64,000 nt of DNA from a virus. The position numbers and the translations under genes are program-made. The notes under the pieces were generated by a model that worked only from the letters and a program-made list of their open reading frames with translations, was not told the DNA's origin and made no database searches. This document shows, one piece after another, positions 7,654 to 18,508 of this stretch (its first letter is position 1; each line of letters begins with the position of its first letter). The stretch lies in IMG/VR virus record IMGVR_UViG_3300047170_000049, positions 1 to 64,000 of that record; one strand, 5' to 3'.

Positions 7654-10600
7654 TATGTAGCCGCCAATGAAACCACAACGTTAGTGATGGCATTTAGAAC
7701 AACTGGCTTCTCATTGGCCTTGGTAGAGATTTGTTCGTTATCAGCGTTGTATGTGGGTGAACTGATAGCCACGGCTTGAACACCGTCAACACTACCTGCA
7801 GCGGTAACCACATCACTGAACACAACTGGAGCGCCAACGCCTAGAGCATTAACATATGCTGCCACGGCTGATTGGACTCGTGATTGTAATAGGGTGAATG
7901 GCGTACCTGATTGGGTCTTAATAACAATATTCAATGTAACGAATAATGGGAGTGGAGAATCAATCTCAATGAATGAACCTGCCGCTGCCACACCAGGGAA
8001 TGATACGGTATCGGTTGGTTCGCCACGGATTACTTCGCCTACAGCATGGATTAGACCGCCGTAATACTTGTACGAGTCTTGGCCTGATTCAACTGCATTA
8101 CTGAAACCAAACTTACTAATGGCATTGATGTTTGAGCCTGCAGTTTGGTTAATCTTGGATGCTAGGTTAGCGCCATAAAGAATAACGTTTACCGTATTAG
8201 CATCGCTAGGGCTGATTGCGAGATTTTTAATCTTCTTGTATGCGTAGTATGGATTCTTTTCTAATACGAGAAATTGTTGGAAGTTAACACCTAAGTTAAC
8301 TGGGCCAACTGATACCGCTGACATTTCCACGACTACTTGGGTAGGTGAGGGGAATTGTGCGAATGTGTTGAGGTTACCTTGTACGGTGAAGCTACCTTCA
8401 TTGACTGCGCCTAGGATAGGACCAGTGATTTCAACGGTGTCACCAGGCATAACTGAATCATATGAATAAAAGCTTAGGTCTGAGTTGTTGGCTAAGGTAT
8501 AATTACCCTTAACGAAATTGGAGTTAAGGATATAGAAAGCGTTGTTACCAAATACCTTCTCGACCTTGAACACACCACGGTTTAAGCCCGTGAAGATGCC
8601 GTTCATGAGAACCCAGTCACCTTCTTGTAAGCCACCGCCTACGAAGTTAGGTTGAGTTCCAACACCAGTCCAGCTAACGCATACGAATTGGCCTTGAGCT
8701 TCAACCTTCATTTCAGTCGTGTTATTGCCTGAATGGGTGCGTTTGGTTTGGAATGAGCCTGCAGCACTAATGGTTATGGTAGCTAAATTGACTGAAGGCG
8801 TATTAGCTTGGATTTGGATGGTAGTCGATGATGTGGATTGAATGTTCTTATCTTGGGTAGCAGTGTTCTCAATCTCAATCCATTGGTTGGCATGTAAGCC
8901 ACCAACGTTATTCTTACTAATACCAAATACGGTATAGTTCGTATCGAGTTGCGCACCAGCTTGTGATACGGCAGACTCTACGGCATTAGCTGAACCACCA
9001 GATACTTCCACTGAACCACTAGAACCAAAGAGGTCTGAGTAAATCTGGATGCGGCCAGCTTTATCGCTAACGGTTATATTCCCTAAAGAACTTAGCCCAG
9101 TAACCGAGAATATGTTTAAGAACGCAGCTACTTGAGCCGCACGGGTTGGGATAAGGTAGTAGGTCTCACCAACTAGGCTATAGAGAGAAGAGCTTAATAG
9201 CGTAGGGCGTTTTAATACGAATTTATTCTGAGGGCTGATTTGCGTACCAATGTTACTAGAGCTAATCCAGTTCTCACCGTCCACTAGGTTTAAGTATGGG
9301 CTACCAGTATCGTCTTGCGTTGATGTGGTGATATTGCCCGTGCCTAACTCTAATTGGGTGGCAGTGACATAAGTGCTGAGGTTGTTGTTGATGTACGCAC
9401 CAATGAAGTTAGCCGTATTAAGTGATGGGCTAAGGGGATAGAACACGAAGTCGGTTTGGTTGTTTAACAGTACCGTACCTTCTGCCGAGCCTGCAACGTT
9501 AGTTATCTCGAAATACAAGTCCGATACTGCCGTAACAATATATGTCCCTTGGTTATTAGATACGAAGGATGATGTGGTGTTGATGTTTACGATGTCGCCC
9601 ACTTGAACGCCAGCGCCTGATACGAAGTTAGGTTGGTCACCAGCTACCCAAGAGTAACGATAAGTGTTGCCACTCGTATTAGTTACGTTCATTTGGGTAG
9701 TGTTATCCCAGTTACCACCAAGACGTTGAGGGTTGGAGGCTAAGAAGATTTGGATTTGGGTTACTTCTGATACCATTACATTGGATTGCAATGCTGATGC
9801 AGGAGTAGTTGGATAGAAGATACCTATTTGAGCATTATTGCCCGTGGGTCCATAAGAGCTATAGCTTAGGAGCATTCCATTGTTTGCACCTGCAGGGTCC
9901 ATGACTTGACGGGCCTTGAAGTAGATTTTGTAGTCTTGGAAGCTAAAGTTATTGCCGAATGAAGCAGGGTAATTAGCCGTAGGACCGTTCTCTGAGTCAT
10001 ACCCAGTGAATGTGGTCGTAGTGGGTAATGAGCTATTGGATACCGTACCATTGCGGCTTAGGGGGATGTTTAAAGACTTGTTAACTGAATCGCCATCAAG
10101 GATTACGACTAGGTTATCTTGTGAGTCGAAATCATATGGTACGCCATAAGCATATCTGTCGCCTGCAATAATGTCTCTGAGCTTTAGGTCTGGACGGATA
10201 GTTAATGCAGTTCCACTTTCTGCAGCCAATTGGGTATAGAGTTGGTTGTTTGAGCTAAATCCATCGGCAGGGTCTAAGAACTGAATGAGTTGGTTTGGAT
10301 TCTCATTAGCTGAATTATCCGTTGTTCCAGTAAAGTTGGTTGGGGGGATAGTTCCTGTACCTGTAGCCACCGTGTCGAATATAAAGTCAGGCATGGTGAA
10401 TTCAGATGTGAGTGATTCGTCATAAGCTATGTGCGATACGGTTGAAGCATCGTTATAACCTAATACGAAACCAATGATTTTACTTGAATCGTTAATACCA
10501 ACTACGGCGATACGACCTTCTGTAGGGCTAAACGTATTAGATACCAAGCGCAGAGTTGTTGCGTTGATTACTTCAGCAAACCCGCCTTGGAGTTGTGCAT

Positions 10601-12956
10601 TAATGTTTTGAGCTAATACGGATAAAGTCTGTAAGCCTGAAGGTAGGGTGATTTCTTGCAGTCCACCATCGGTTCTTACAATGATAAGTCCCGTAAGGGA
10701 TGCAATGTTAGGCGCTTGAACGGTTCCAGTGGTGCGGGTTACTTCAATCCAACTAAAGGTTGAGGTGTCCATAGCACTGATACGCCAGTACCCTTGGTTA
10801 TTGGCATCGAAGTTCACATCATCAAAGATTGCCCAGTCATCTATCTTAACGTTAGCGAACACACCAGGCACGGCAGAAGTATATCGCCATTGATTGCCTG
10901 AAGGGTTTGTTACGCTGATAGTGAGACCAGGGACCACGCCTGTCACAATATTGTCCGTAGGATAATCCACCACAACCCAGATTGTAGGTGTGGGTGTTGA
11001 GCCTAGGGTAATACTGCCAGAAGTAGCAACACTTGAGTCAGTGAAGCCTCTAGTATTTTGTGAACCTGCCGAAATAGAGTCATTGAGTTGGAGTGGGGTA
11101 GCAAGCTGCACTTGGCCTGTAGAACGGTTGAGGGCATAATCACTTGAACGACCCGTTGAAGCTAATCCATATGTGGGGGTGAACACGCCGTTAGCGGTTA
11201 ATGTCCCACCAGAGATAGTTATGGCAGCGTCATTATTAGGGCCGAGATTGGATGTTAGAACAATCTGGTTACCTGATACGACTGCCGTAATGCCTGGTAG
11301 TTTATTGGTGATGACGCCTGCCCATGATGCTAGTGAGTTTTGTTGGCTCAATAGGCTGTAACCAAAGGGCAAGAAGTCTGCATCAACAAACGTATATGTG
11401 GCAGCTTGGGTTGTGTCTACCGCGACGGTTAAGGTCTGAGGGGATGAGATGGGTGACCACGATGATTGAGGTGCTGAGGTAATCGTGGGTGTGGCACCGT
11501 CCTTAATTAATAACAAATCGTTCTTGTAGAGGCGAAGTGTGTAGGTCAGGGTATCAGCAAAGCCCATGAATTCATTAGCATCTACGCTACCATCGGTAGG
11601 TGCAGTTGCTTGCATGTCTTCATTTACGAAGCTATTTGCGAATAGGGTAACCGTTGTAGAGCTATCCGATGCGCGTGCTGAGAAAAGGAGTGTGGTGTCA
11701 TTATTAATCGAATTAACGACTTCAAATACAGTAGCTGCGTTTGGTGTAGCGAAATCGCTATCGTCAAACAAATGTTCAGATAAGATTCCACCTACCTTGA
11801 TTGAAAGCTTCATTCCACCTGTTATGGCGAATGGGCTTTGGAAGTTTGAAACTAGTAATGCCTTGGTGATGTCTTCATTTTGGAGTTGTAAGAAGATTTC
11901 ACCACCATTTGCGGCGTCGATTACTTGTTCAAAACCTTGTCCTGAGAAGATAGGTTGATACGCACTACCATCGTCAATATATAGGATTGACGGTTCGGTG
12001 CGGTTTGCAGGGGTAGTAATAGAGGCTGAACTGACTACTTTATTGTCATCGGTGGAGCTAACGCCAACAGCGGCGGCTTCGATAGCGAGTGCCGTGCCTT
12101 TGGTCCTGTTTTGCTCCGCGTTCTTAATGAGTTGGCGGTAGTCTCTATCAGTCATTACATCTTGACCTGTGACGTATGCGGTAGGGTTAGTTACCGTAGC
12201 GTCGATGAATGGGGCTGAAGAGAATTCAGTGATTGAAGCGGCTGGCACGTTGCCAATGCTTCCTAACTGAGTACATACGACTGGTATGTTGGATAGGGAT
12301 ACTTCGCCATCAGGGATGGTTGAAGTAATTAATACGCGAAATGTAATTGGGGCCGATGTCGTATTACGGGCTGTTTGAACGATAGCACCCGCATTAATAA
12401 TACGGTTACCACCTTGAGCTAATACGACGGCTTCAGATAAGTTGTGATTCTTTGTCGTATTAGTTACTAAGTTAATACGGTAGAATGAACCTATTTGGGT
12501 AATACTGGAATAATTGATTGGACCTTCGAGGTTGGGGGTTCCACGACCAATGTAGATTGCTCCACTGGATGGGAAGGCAGAGGCGTCCGAAACTAATACG
12601 GAAGCTGAACCTGCAGGGGGTGCAGCGGCACCAGCATAAACCTTGGTAGCGATTTTAACGAAATTATTAGAACTGATGGTAACTACACCCGTAGTGGCCG
12701 AAGCTTGTGTTCTTAAGACACCCTTACTGAAACCAATCTTATCCAAATCAGTCCCAGTAGCACGGTCAATGTCGATTGAGTTCAAAGCTGCGATAATATC
12801 GGCTTGGCTTCTAAAGTCTGACATGGCTGTAGCTTCTAGGAAGCTACGCACGGCGCTAGCGATGTTCAGGTCGTTAACGCCCGAACGGGACACGAATACA
12901 TTGATTAGGTCCTGTAGTATTGCCTGATATGCGCGTGGGTTTGGTGACGATGCCAT
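7653..12956 (-). CDS. baseplate J-like / T4 gp6-like wedge protein with large insertions
   Basis: IDRATGTDLD, GSIGNVPA, TGQDVMTDRDYR and GTALAI motifs at the N-terminus; J-type C-terminus (AVAAYVNALGVGAPVVFSDVV...VDGV). Confidence 0.85.
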   Translation of the reverse strand: MASSPNPRAYQAILQDLINVFVSRSGVNDLNIASAVRSFLEATAMSDFRSQADIIAALNSIDIDRATGTDLDKIGFSKGVLRTQASATTGVVTISSNNFVKIATKVYAGAAAPPAGSASVLVSDASAFPSSGAIYIGRGTPNLEGPINYSSITQIGSFYRINLVTNTTKNHNLSEAVVLAQGGNRIINAGAIVQTARNTTSAPITFRVLITSTIPDGEVSLSNIPVVCTQLGSIGNVPAASITEFSSAPFIDATVTNPTAYVTGQDVMTDRDYRQLIKNAEQNRTKGTALAIEAAAVGVSSTDDNKVVSSASITTPANRTEPSILYIDDGSAYQPIFSGQGFEQVIDAANGGEIFLQLQNEDITKALLVSNFQSPFAITGGMKLSIKVGGILSEHLFDDSDFATPNAATVFEVVNSINNDTTLLFSARASDSSTTVTLFANSFVNEDMQATAPTDGSVDANEFMGFADTLTYTLRLYKNDLLLIKDGATPTITSAPQSSWSPISSPQTLTVAVDTTQAATYTFVDADFLPFGYSLLSQQNSLASWAGVITNKLPGITAVVSGNQIVLTSNLGPNNDAAITISGGTLTANGVFTPTYGLASTGRSSDYALNRSTGQVQLATPLQLNDSISAGSQNTRGFTDSSVATSGSITLGSTPTPTIWVVVDYPTDNIVTGVVPGLTISVTNPSGNQWRYTSAVPGVFANVKIDDWAIFDDVNFDANNQGYWRISAMDTSTFSWIEVTRTTGTVQAPNIASLTGLIIVRTDGGLQEITLPSGLQTLSVLAQNINAQLQGGFAEVINATTLRLVSNTFSPTEGRIAVVGINDSSKIIGFVLGYNDASTVSHIAYDESLTSEFTMPDFIFDTVATGTGTIPPTNFTGTTDNSANENPNQLIQFLDPADGFSSNNQLYTQLAAESGTALTIRPDLKLRDIIAGDRYAYGVPYDFDSQDNLVVILDGDSVNKSLNIPLSRNGTVSNSSLPTTTTFTGYDSENGPTANYPASFGNNFSFQDYKIYFKARQVMDPAGANNGMLLSYSSYGPTGNNAQIGIFYPTTPASALQSNVMVSEVTQIQIFLASNPQRLGGNWDNTTQMNVTNTSGNTYRYSWVAGDQPNFVSGAGVQVGDIVNINTTSSFVSNNQGTYIVTAVSDLYFEITNVAGSAEGTVLLNNQTDFVFYPLSPSLNTANFIGAYINNNLSTYVTATQLELGTGNITTSTQDDTGSPYLNLVDGENWISSSNIGTQISPQNKFVLKRPTLLSSSLYSLVGETYYLIPTRAAQVAAFLNIFSVTGLSSLGNITVSDKAGRIQIYSDLFGSSGSVEVSGGSANAVESAVSQAGAQLDTNYTVFGISKNNVGGLHANQWIEIENTATQDKNIQSTSSTTIQIQANTPSVNLATITISAAGSFQTKRTHSGNNTTEMKVEAQGQFVCVSWTGVGTQPNFVGGGLQEGDWVLMNGIFTGLNRGVFKVEKVFGNNAFYILNSNFVKGNYTLANNSDLSFYSYDSVMPGDTVEITGPILGAVNEGSFTVQGNLNTFAQFPSPTQVVVEMSAVSVGPVNLGVNFQQFLVLEKNPYYAYKKIKNLAISPSDANTVNVILYGANLASKINQTAGSNINAISKFGFSNAVESGQDSYKYYGGLIHAVGEVIRGEPTDTVSFPGVAAAGSFIEIDSPLPLFVTLNIVIKTQSGTPFTLLQSRVQSAVAAYVNALGVGAPVVFSDVVTAAGSVDGVQAVAISSPTYNADNEQISTKANEKPVVLNAITNVVVSLAAT

Positions 12957-13017
12957 TAAAACAAATTCCTATTAAAGTAATCAAAGAAGGGTGGGGCTTG
13001 GAGATGGAACTAACTAT

Positions 13018-13043
13018 ATTAAGATTGTGTGATAAAGTATTGA
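13018..13043 (-). promoter_or_regulatory. putative phage late promoter
   Basis: TCA-atact-TTA-tcaca-CAATCTTAAT upstream of the baseplate J-like gene; 1 of 8 copies. Confidence 0.7.
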
Positions 13044-13067
13044 AATTACTCATGATTAATTTTAAGC

Positions 13068-13094
13068 TTAAGTTATTTCTAGACTAGCCGATAG
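13068..13094 (+). promoter_or_regulatory. sigma28 (FliA)-type promoter
   Basis: TTAAGTTA-N11-GCCGATAG versus consensus TAAAGTTT-N11-GCCGATAA; 6 nt before ATG 13101. Confidence 0.7.
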
Positions 13095-13100
13095 ACTGGT

Positions 13101-13346
13101 ATGGTAAAGACATTCCAAGTCGGTGACTTAGTGTCATTCAAAGGTAGTACGTCTTGGGGGATAATAGTCTCAATAGACGCCTACACTAGAAATACCCACA
13201 ATGTGTGGGTTAAGCCCATATGTGGAACGCCACGTTGGATGAACCCACCTCTAGGTGGCGAATGGTCTGTGACTATGGGTGATTTAATGGATATTCCAGA
13301 GGATTCGGAATATAAGGAGTTAGGTCAGTTACTTTATGGTGATTAA
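13101..13346 (+). CDS. LLYG-tail family protein
   Basis: TFQVGDLV; ends EYKELGQLLYGD. Confidence 0.85.
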   Translation: MVKTFQVGDLVSFKGSTSWGIIVSIDAYTRNTHNVWVKPICGTPRWMNPPLGGEWSVTMGDLMDIPEDSEYKELGQLLYGD

Positions 13347-13596
13347 ACCTGGAATGCTTTTTAAAACCGTACCTGACGATAATGGGAAAGTGTATTTCTA
13401 TATTGTGGATTGGGTTGATAAAAACGATGTTGGGTATCACAACATAGGGTTAAATGTTGGGACTGCAATAGACCAAGATGAGTTTGTTGATAATTTTGAA
13501 CCTGAATGGCATGGCCATCATTGGGAAGAAGTCTCTGATGAAGAGGCTTATGTTGTTAGACTTTTATATGGAGAAGGCGATGAAAAAGATGAATAA
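13336..13596 (+). CDS. LLYG-tail family protein with short extension
   Basis: IKPGMLF; ends SDEEAYVVRLLYGEGDEKDE. Confidence 0.85.
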   Translation: MVIKPGMLFKTVPDDNGKVYFYIVDWVDKNDVGYHNIGLNVGTAIDQDEFVDNFEPEWHGHHWEEVSDEEAYVVRLLYGEGDEKDE

Positions 13597-13747
13597 AGAC
13601 TTTCAAGTGGTAGACTTGAACACCCCAGAAAATCTAGAGCAAATCGAGCGATTGGTGAAACAGATTAAAGATGCCACCAATAGGCATTACGCTGTTAACA
13701 CACCATGCGGGTTCTTAATTGTGCCAGAAGGTGAGACCGTACAATGA
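13568..13747 (+). CDS. hypothetical protein (start 13568-13589)
   Basis: In-frame ATG inside the upstream LLYG codons; ATGA overlap with the next gene. Confidence 0.6.
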   Translation: MEKAMKKMNKDFQVVDLNTPENLEQIERLVKQIKDATNRHYAVNTPCGFLIVPEGETVQ

Positions 13748-13974
13748 AGATTTATGCCAAGGTGAGATTCCCATTCAATGCTCAGTCCAAAGAGAATCTC
13801 AATGACATTGTGGACTGGAAAATCGAAGAAGGCTCAATAGTGGAGATACTGCCTGATGGCGATAGCATCTTCCGAGCCATTGAATTTAAGAAACGGACTT
13901 TCTACATACCGCTGGTCAATATGTATGTGATGAGCGATGCAGAGTCCAAACTAGCAGAGGTATTGTTTGGCTAG
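13744..13974 (+). CDS. LLYG-tail family protein
   Basis: IEEGSIVEI; ends SDAESKLAEVLFG. Confidence 0.85.
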   Translation: MKIYAKVRFPFNAQSKENLNDIVDWKIEEGSIVEILPDGDSIFRAIEFKKRTFYIPLVNMYVMSDAESKLAEVLFG

Positions 13975-14209
13975 AGGTGGTTGGCACGAGTTTAGGATGG
14001 GCATGTTCATTCAGGGTAATCACGGTGAGCAAGCTCATTACCGCATTCAACAATGGAAGAATGCGTACCACATCACTTTACTCAAAGTATCAGGTGAGCA
14101 CCTGGGCTATGAAGTTATGATTGACATTGATACGCTTCATGAGAACTTTGAGCCAAGGCCAGACTATGTGTCCGACTACTACCGACTTTACGAAAACCTT
14201 AAGCTGTAG
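13967..14209 (+). CDS. divergent LLYG-tail family protein
   Basis: TTG start from the upstream LFG; EFRMGMFI; ends DYYRLYENLKL overlapping a convergent gene. Confidence 0.7.
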   Translation: MARGGWHEFRMGMFIQGNHGEQAHYRIQQWKNAYHITLLKVSGEHLGYEVMIDIDTLHENFEPRPDYVSDYYRLYENLKL

Positions 14210-16682
14210 GCGAAAGATTAAAGCTGATTGGCAGCGTACCTTGTTGGTTTGCTAGTTGAGCCACAATGGTAAGCGCAACGTAAGTATCGCCTTGTTGTAG
14301 TGAGAAGTTTTCAATAGCTCTGAAGCGTGCGTCCGTTGAGAACGTATTGTTTAAGTTCTTCAATATGTCAGATGCGTTCACATCAGCTTCTGAACCACCC
14401 AATTCAACACCTAAGCCGAATCCAGGATGGCCGAGTAAAGAGTTAATATTTGTAGTCACCTTAAGTTTAGCCGCTTGGGTTAGGTTCGTAACTCCATAAG
14501 CTAAGTTAGCAAAACCATTAGGGTCAATAGCCAAGTCACCGTTTGAATCTAATAAGAAGTCAATCTTACTGAACGCAAGTTGCTCTGGGTCTGCAGTGAT
14601 GTAGCTAATGGGCTTAGTGGTGAGCCCGTCAATTTGTGCAGGGTCAGCACTTGGGATGTAAAGGGTTGATGTGGAGTTCACCGTATAGGGCAAGTAAGCA
14701 AGCATTTCAGCGTTGTCTGCAGCCCGATAGATTGAAAGGTCAACCCCAACACCTTGGACTGTAACAATAAAGTTTGTCGAATTAATTTCCGATATAGCTG
14801 CAATCTGGAATTGGGTACGAGGTTGGGTATCAGATGATAAGAATATCTTCTGGCCCACATAAAGATTAGTCGTATCGGCAATATTGAATTCAGCATTGCT
14901 ACCGTTATTAAGTAGTGGCACGGTGAATCCCGTTTGGTCAACATAAGGAGCTTGGAGTCCATTGACTGCAGCAATCTCAATCCAACGTGTTGCATCGCCT
15001 AAGTAGGTTTGAGCCACCCATTCAAGTGTTCCATTGTATGGGAATGGAACTTGAAACTTAGAATTAGGCACAGTAAATGGGATATTGTTTGCTTGTGAAG
15101 CTGTATCCCAGAACTGTAGTGGGTCAACAGCTTGTGATTCGTCGAGTGAATCTGTAACGGTCAATGAAGCTAATGCCACGATGGTTTGTTGTAACGCATA
15201 GAGAATATCGAACGTGTCATCATCAATCACGCCATTAGGTGCAGCATTAGCCAAAGCATCGGCGGTTGATTGAAGGTTATTAGCTAACTTATTGATGAAG
15301 TTCTGATTGGTATTATTTACGGCGTTTTGTTGCACAGCTTGAATCGCTTGGGTTTGCGCTGCCGTTAGTGGGATAGATGACAAAGGCAGTGCTGCAGAGA
15401 ATGTAGGGTCGTTAATAAGATTCTGCAATCCTACTTGGTTATTAACGAATGAACCACCCGTGTTGCTTGGGTCATTCAAAGTGTCAGATACGGCGGCATC
15501 AAATTGAGTCTTAAGCTCAGGCTGATTAGCGAATGCGGCAGAGATTTGTGAAGAGTTGGTAAGCAAGTTGTTCGATAAGCTCTTAGAGATGTTACCAGGC
15601 AAGTCTGCAACGGCAGTGGCTAATCCAGTTAAGTCTTTCGCAAATAGAATGACTTGGTTCAATGGACCAATAATGTTGTTTTGAATGTCTGAGTTAACAG
15701 CACTGACCGTATTAGTTGCGAGTTGAACCGTTTGACGGGCATTATTTAATGCGTTCAAAGCGTTAACTAAAATATTAGTATTGCCGATACCAGGAGTGAG
15801 AATAGTTTGAGCTTTGATATTGCTCAAGCCTACGGAGTTGGTTGTACCCCATGCAGTAGCATTGAATGAGAAAACGTATTCCATTGGGGCATTAGCTGAC
15901 CTATCCACGCTGAAGGACTGTGGAGTTATGAGATAGGTGATACCATCTTTAGGCATCTCTAGAGCTAAACGAAGAGCTTGGTTATTGGGTGACTTCTTAG
16001 CTTCAGCATATGCTTCTAAGAACATTCGCAATAAGTGGAATTGAAAGTATCCTGATTGGTAAATAGCTGATTGACTTAGTTGCCCAGCGGTTGATGTAGC
16101 AGTGCTAAAGCTTGAAATGACATTAGAAGCTGAAGCGATTACTTGTTGTGCAGCTTGGATGGTTCCACCGAACAGCGTACCCAATACACCAGGCTGTGCA
16201 GCAAGGTTGTAAGCAGGACGTTGTGGCAAGATACCAGTAGTAGCTTGGATGCTAATTTGTCTAATTGGTGTCCCGTTATGCTCTTCCAAGACTCCGTTAG
16301 AAGTGATGGTGAGCTTAGATGCGAATGGCGTGGTAATGCGTAACGATTGAGGGTTGATGGGCATGGTGTAAGACGCGACGATTGAGTAGTTATCCCCACC
16401 TTGGTTAGACTTCAATACTAATAGATTGTAAGGGAATGATTGGTCCCAGTTATTTACAAATGAGTTGAACGCACCAAACGAAAGACCACGTTGCATTAAG
16501 CTATTGGAGTAGTTACTTAGGTCGATGATTGAGTTCATTGCAGACTGGAACGTAGAGTAGTCGGAACCTTGGTTTGAATAGTTCAATGGGGCCGTTCCAC
16601 CTGCAGGAACGCCTACAGCATTTTGCACGAATGCCTTAGCTGATGATTGAATTTGGTCTGTTGAAGGAGGAAAATCTACCAT
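14199..16682 (-). CDS. fused baseplate protein (tube-like N-terminus, LysM/tail-X-like domain, gp25-like C-terminus)
   Basis: PINPQSL...ISIQATTG; TLEWVAQTYLGDATRWIEIAAVNGL; NGDL...GVTNLTQA...HPGFGLG...DARF. Confidence 0.7.
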   Translation of the reverse strand: MVDFPPSTDQIQSSAKAFVQNAVGVPAGGTAPLNYSNQGSDYSTFQSAMNSIIDLSNYSNSLMQRGLSFGAFNSFVNNWDQSFPYNLLVLKSNQGGDNYSIVASYTMPINPQSLRITTPFASKLTITSNGVLEEHNGTPIRQISIQATTGILPQRPAYNLAAQPGVLGTLFGGTIQAAQQVIASASNVISSFSTATSTAGQLSQSAIYQSGYFQFHLLRMFLEAYAEAKKSPNNQALRLALEMPKDGITYLITPQSFSVDRSANAPMEYVFSFNATAWGTTNSVGLSNIKAQTILTPGIGNTNILVNALNALNNARQTVQLATNTVSAVNSDIQNNIIGPLNQVILFAKDLTGLATAVADLPGNISKSLSNNLLTNSSQISAAFANQPELKTQFDAAVSDTLNDPSNTGGSFVNNQVGLQNLINDPTFSAALPLSSIPLTAAQTQAIQAVQQNAVNNTNQNFINKLANNLQSTADALANAAPNGVIDDDTFDILYALQQTIVALASLTVTDSLDESQAVDPLQFWDTASQANNIPFTVPNSKFQVPFPYNGTLEWVAQTYLGDATRWIEIAAVNGLQAPYVDQTGFTVPLLNNGSNAEFNIADTTNLYVGQKIFLSSDTQPRTQFQIAAISEINSTNFIVTVQGVGVDLSIYRAADNAEMLAYLPYTVNSTSTLYIPSADPAQIDGLTTKPISYITADPEQLAFSKIDFLLDSNGDLAIDPNGFANLAYGVTNLTQAAKLKVTTNINSLLGHPGFGLGVELGGSEADVNASDILKNLNNTFSTDARFRAIENFSLQQGDTYVALTIVAQLANQQGTLPISFNLSPTA

Positions 16683-16691
16683 AAATTACCT

Positions 16692-18218
16692 TTATTGTAA
16701 TGTCTTAAAGATACGAGTCGTATCTGAAACCAAGTAACTCAAGGGCAAAGCCGTATTGAGTTGAACCTGATTGGTTGAAATAATATTTGCAATGGTCCTA
16801 GTGATTTCTGGTTGTGTTTCTGACACCGCTGTAATAGTATCGCCGATAGACAAACCAGTAACATCTGTAATGAATATGATTGGCTTACCTTCTTGGTCGG
16901 TCACAGCCTTAGTGAGGAAGTATGCGTTGTAATCCGTTGCTAAATTTGTGTTGTTTGTGCTCAACGTGTTCAGAGCGCCTAATGAAGAACTTGAATCAAA
17001 GTACCGACGAGCACTACCTGAAGCTCGATTTAGTCGAACGTCCAACCATTTATATCGTTCGTAATATGAACTGCCCACAATGCCGCCATATGTACCATCG
17101 CCATTATCTACAACATTGCCTACCGCCGTTAGAATTTGAGAAGCTCGACTAGTAATATAAGCTTGACGTGTAGTGATGAGCGTTTGCACTGGAGTTAAGC
17201 TTGCGTTCACGAATCTTCCAGTGGCACCAGTGTTAGGTTTTGCACCCCATGTGGTGAGCGTAGCAATAGCGGCATTATTTGCCGTAGTTGCACTAGCATT
17301 TTGAGTCATCTGTAACGTTCTATTGTCATTCTGAATCATTAATTGAGTGAGTTGAGCATTGATATTAGCTAGCCAAATCATGCGATTAGCGTCAATAAGC
17401 CCAGTGAGATTGGTTAATAGTTCCTGTAGAGTTGATGAGGTTAATGTGTTTCTTTCCGTATTAGTGAAACCAACGTGGGTGTTGGTAACGCTATCACCTG
17501 GTGAGAACGTACCCATAGAGCCTATGATTGGGGTAACTGTTAAAATTGGGTCTACGAATGGAGGTGTGATTTCTTGTCCAGGAGTAATGCCATTGACTAA
17601 GTAAATGCCTGAATTAGAGCCGCCATATACATAAATCAAATCGCCTACAGAAAATCCAGTATCGTCATTTACGGATAGCTGACCACTGGTGAAGCCTTCC
17701 GTGGCTATGGTTGTACTGCCAGTGGTAGCACCCGTGATACCATTCAACAACCACCCTAAAAGGTTTGTCAACCCAAAAGGTGAAGTTGATTGCGTAAGGA
17801 TATTACCTTCATAGACAGAAGCCGTGCCTACAGAGTTGTTGAGTCCGTTTACTGCGCTAACGATTTGCGGTATAAATAAAGTATAAGCAGGGGTAGTACC
17901 TGGAAAAAATAAAGCACCTGCACTTCCAGGGCTTTGTGCTGATGTAGATAAGTCACCAGCGGTGAATGGGCTAATTGTTCCATCAGAGTATTCAGCGGGT
18001 TCGATGCCATTGAGTAGCGTGCTTTCTGTTTCGTATGCGTTTGTTTGCGTGCGAAAAAAGTTATAAAACACGGCATTGGCAGCGTCAACATTTAAGAGCG
18101 CCGTTTGTTGTGCTGATAGAGATGCAGTTGTTTGCGCATACGCAGCATTCTCTTTGGCAATATTGATTTGCCTTCGAGTAATATCTAATCTTTGCTGCGT
18201 GGTAAAACTAATTCCCAT
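16692..18218 (-). CDS. virion structural protein (start moved to 18218)
   Basis: Thr/Asn/Gly-rich protein in the tail operon; TAATG overlap with the upstream gene. Confidence 0.65.
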   Translation of the reverse strand: MGISFTTQQRLDITRRQINIAKENAAYAQTTASLSAQQTALLNVDAANAVFYNFFRTQTNAYETESTLLNGIEPAEYSDGTISPFTAGDLSTSAQSPGSAGALFFPGTTPAYTLFIPQIVSAVNGLNNSVGTASVYEGNILTQSTSPFGLTNLLGWLLNGITGATTGSTTIATEGFTSGQLSVNDDTGFSVGDLIYVYGGSNSGIYLVNGITPGQEITPPFVDPILTVTPIIGSMGTFSPGDSVTNTHVGFTNTERNTLTSSTLQELLTNLTGLIDANRMIWLANINAQLTQLMIQNDNRTLQMTQNASATTANNAAIATLTTWGAKPNTGATGRFVNASLTPVQTLITTRQAYITSRASQILTAVGNVVDNGDGTYGGIVGSSYYERYKWLDVRLNRASGSARRYFDSSSSLGALNTLSTNNTNLATDYNAYFLTKAVTDQEGKPIIFITDVTGLSIGDTITAVSETQPEITRTIANIISTNQVQLNTALPLSYLVSDTTRIFKTLQ

Positions 18219-18481
18219 TATGCACCTGGTGGATTTCTTGGCAACGTGGCCAAGTATTGTTCGTTTAAAAAGTGATTTAGATATGCCACTTTGTTTGTGG
18301 TCCAAACCGTAAAGCTATCCAAGTATTTCTTGTCACGTTCATTCCATGACCACTCAGCATAAACCACGTCTTCATTGAGCTGATTCAAAGCATCAATCAA
18401 ACGCATGGGTGTATCGTCATAACAAGGGTCAGGGTTTATCTTGTGATAAAGTACCTTTTTAGGTATGTTACCGTAGTTCAT
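18218..18481 (-). CDS. hypothetical protein inside the tail operon
   Basis: 87 aa, FTVWTTNKV...LPRNP; fills the gap. Confidence 0.65.
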   Translation of the reverse strand: MNYGNIPKKVLYHKINPDPCYDDTPMRLIDALNQLNEDVVYAEWSWNERDKKYLDSFTVWTTNKVAYLNHFLNEQYLATLPRNPPGA

Positions 18482-18508
18482 AGGGGTTAACTGTCCTTTT
18501 TAGGCATG

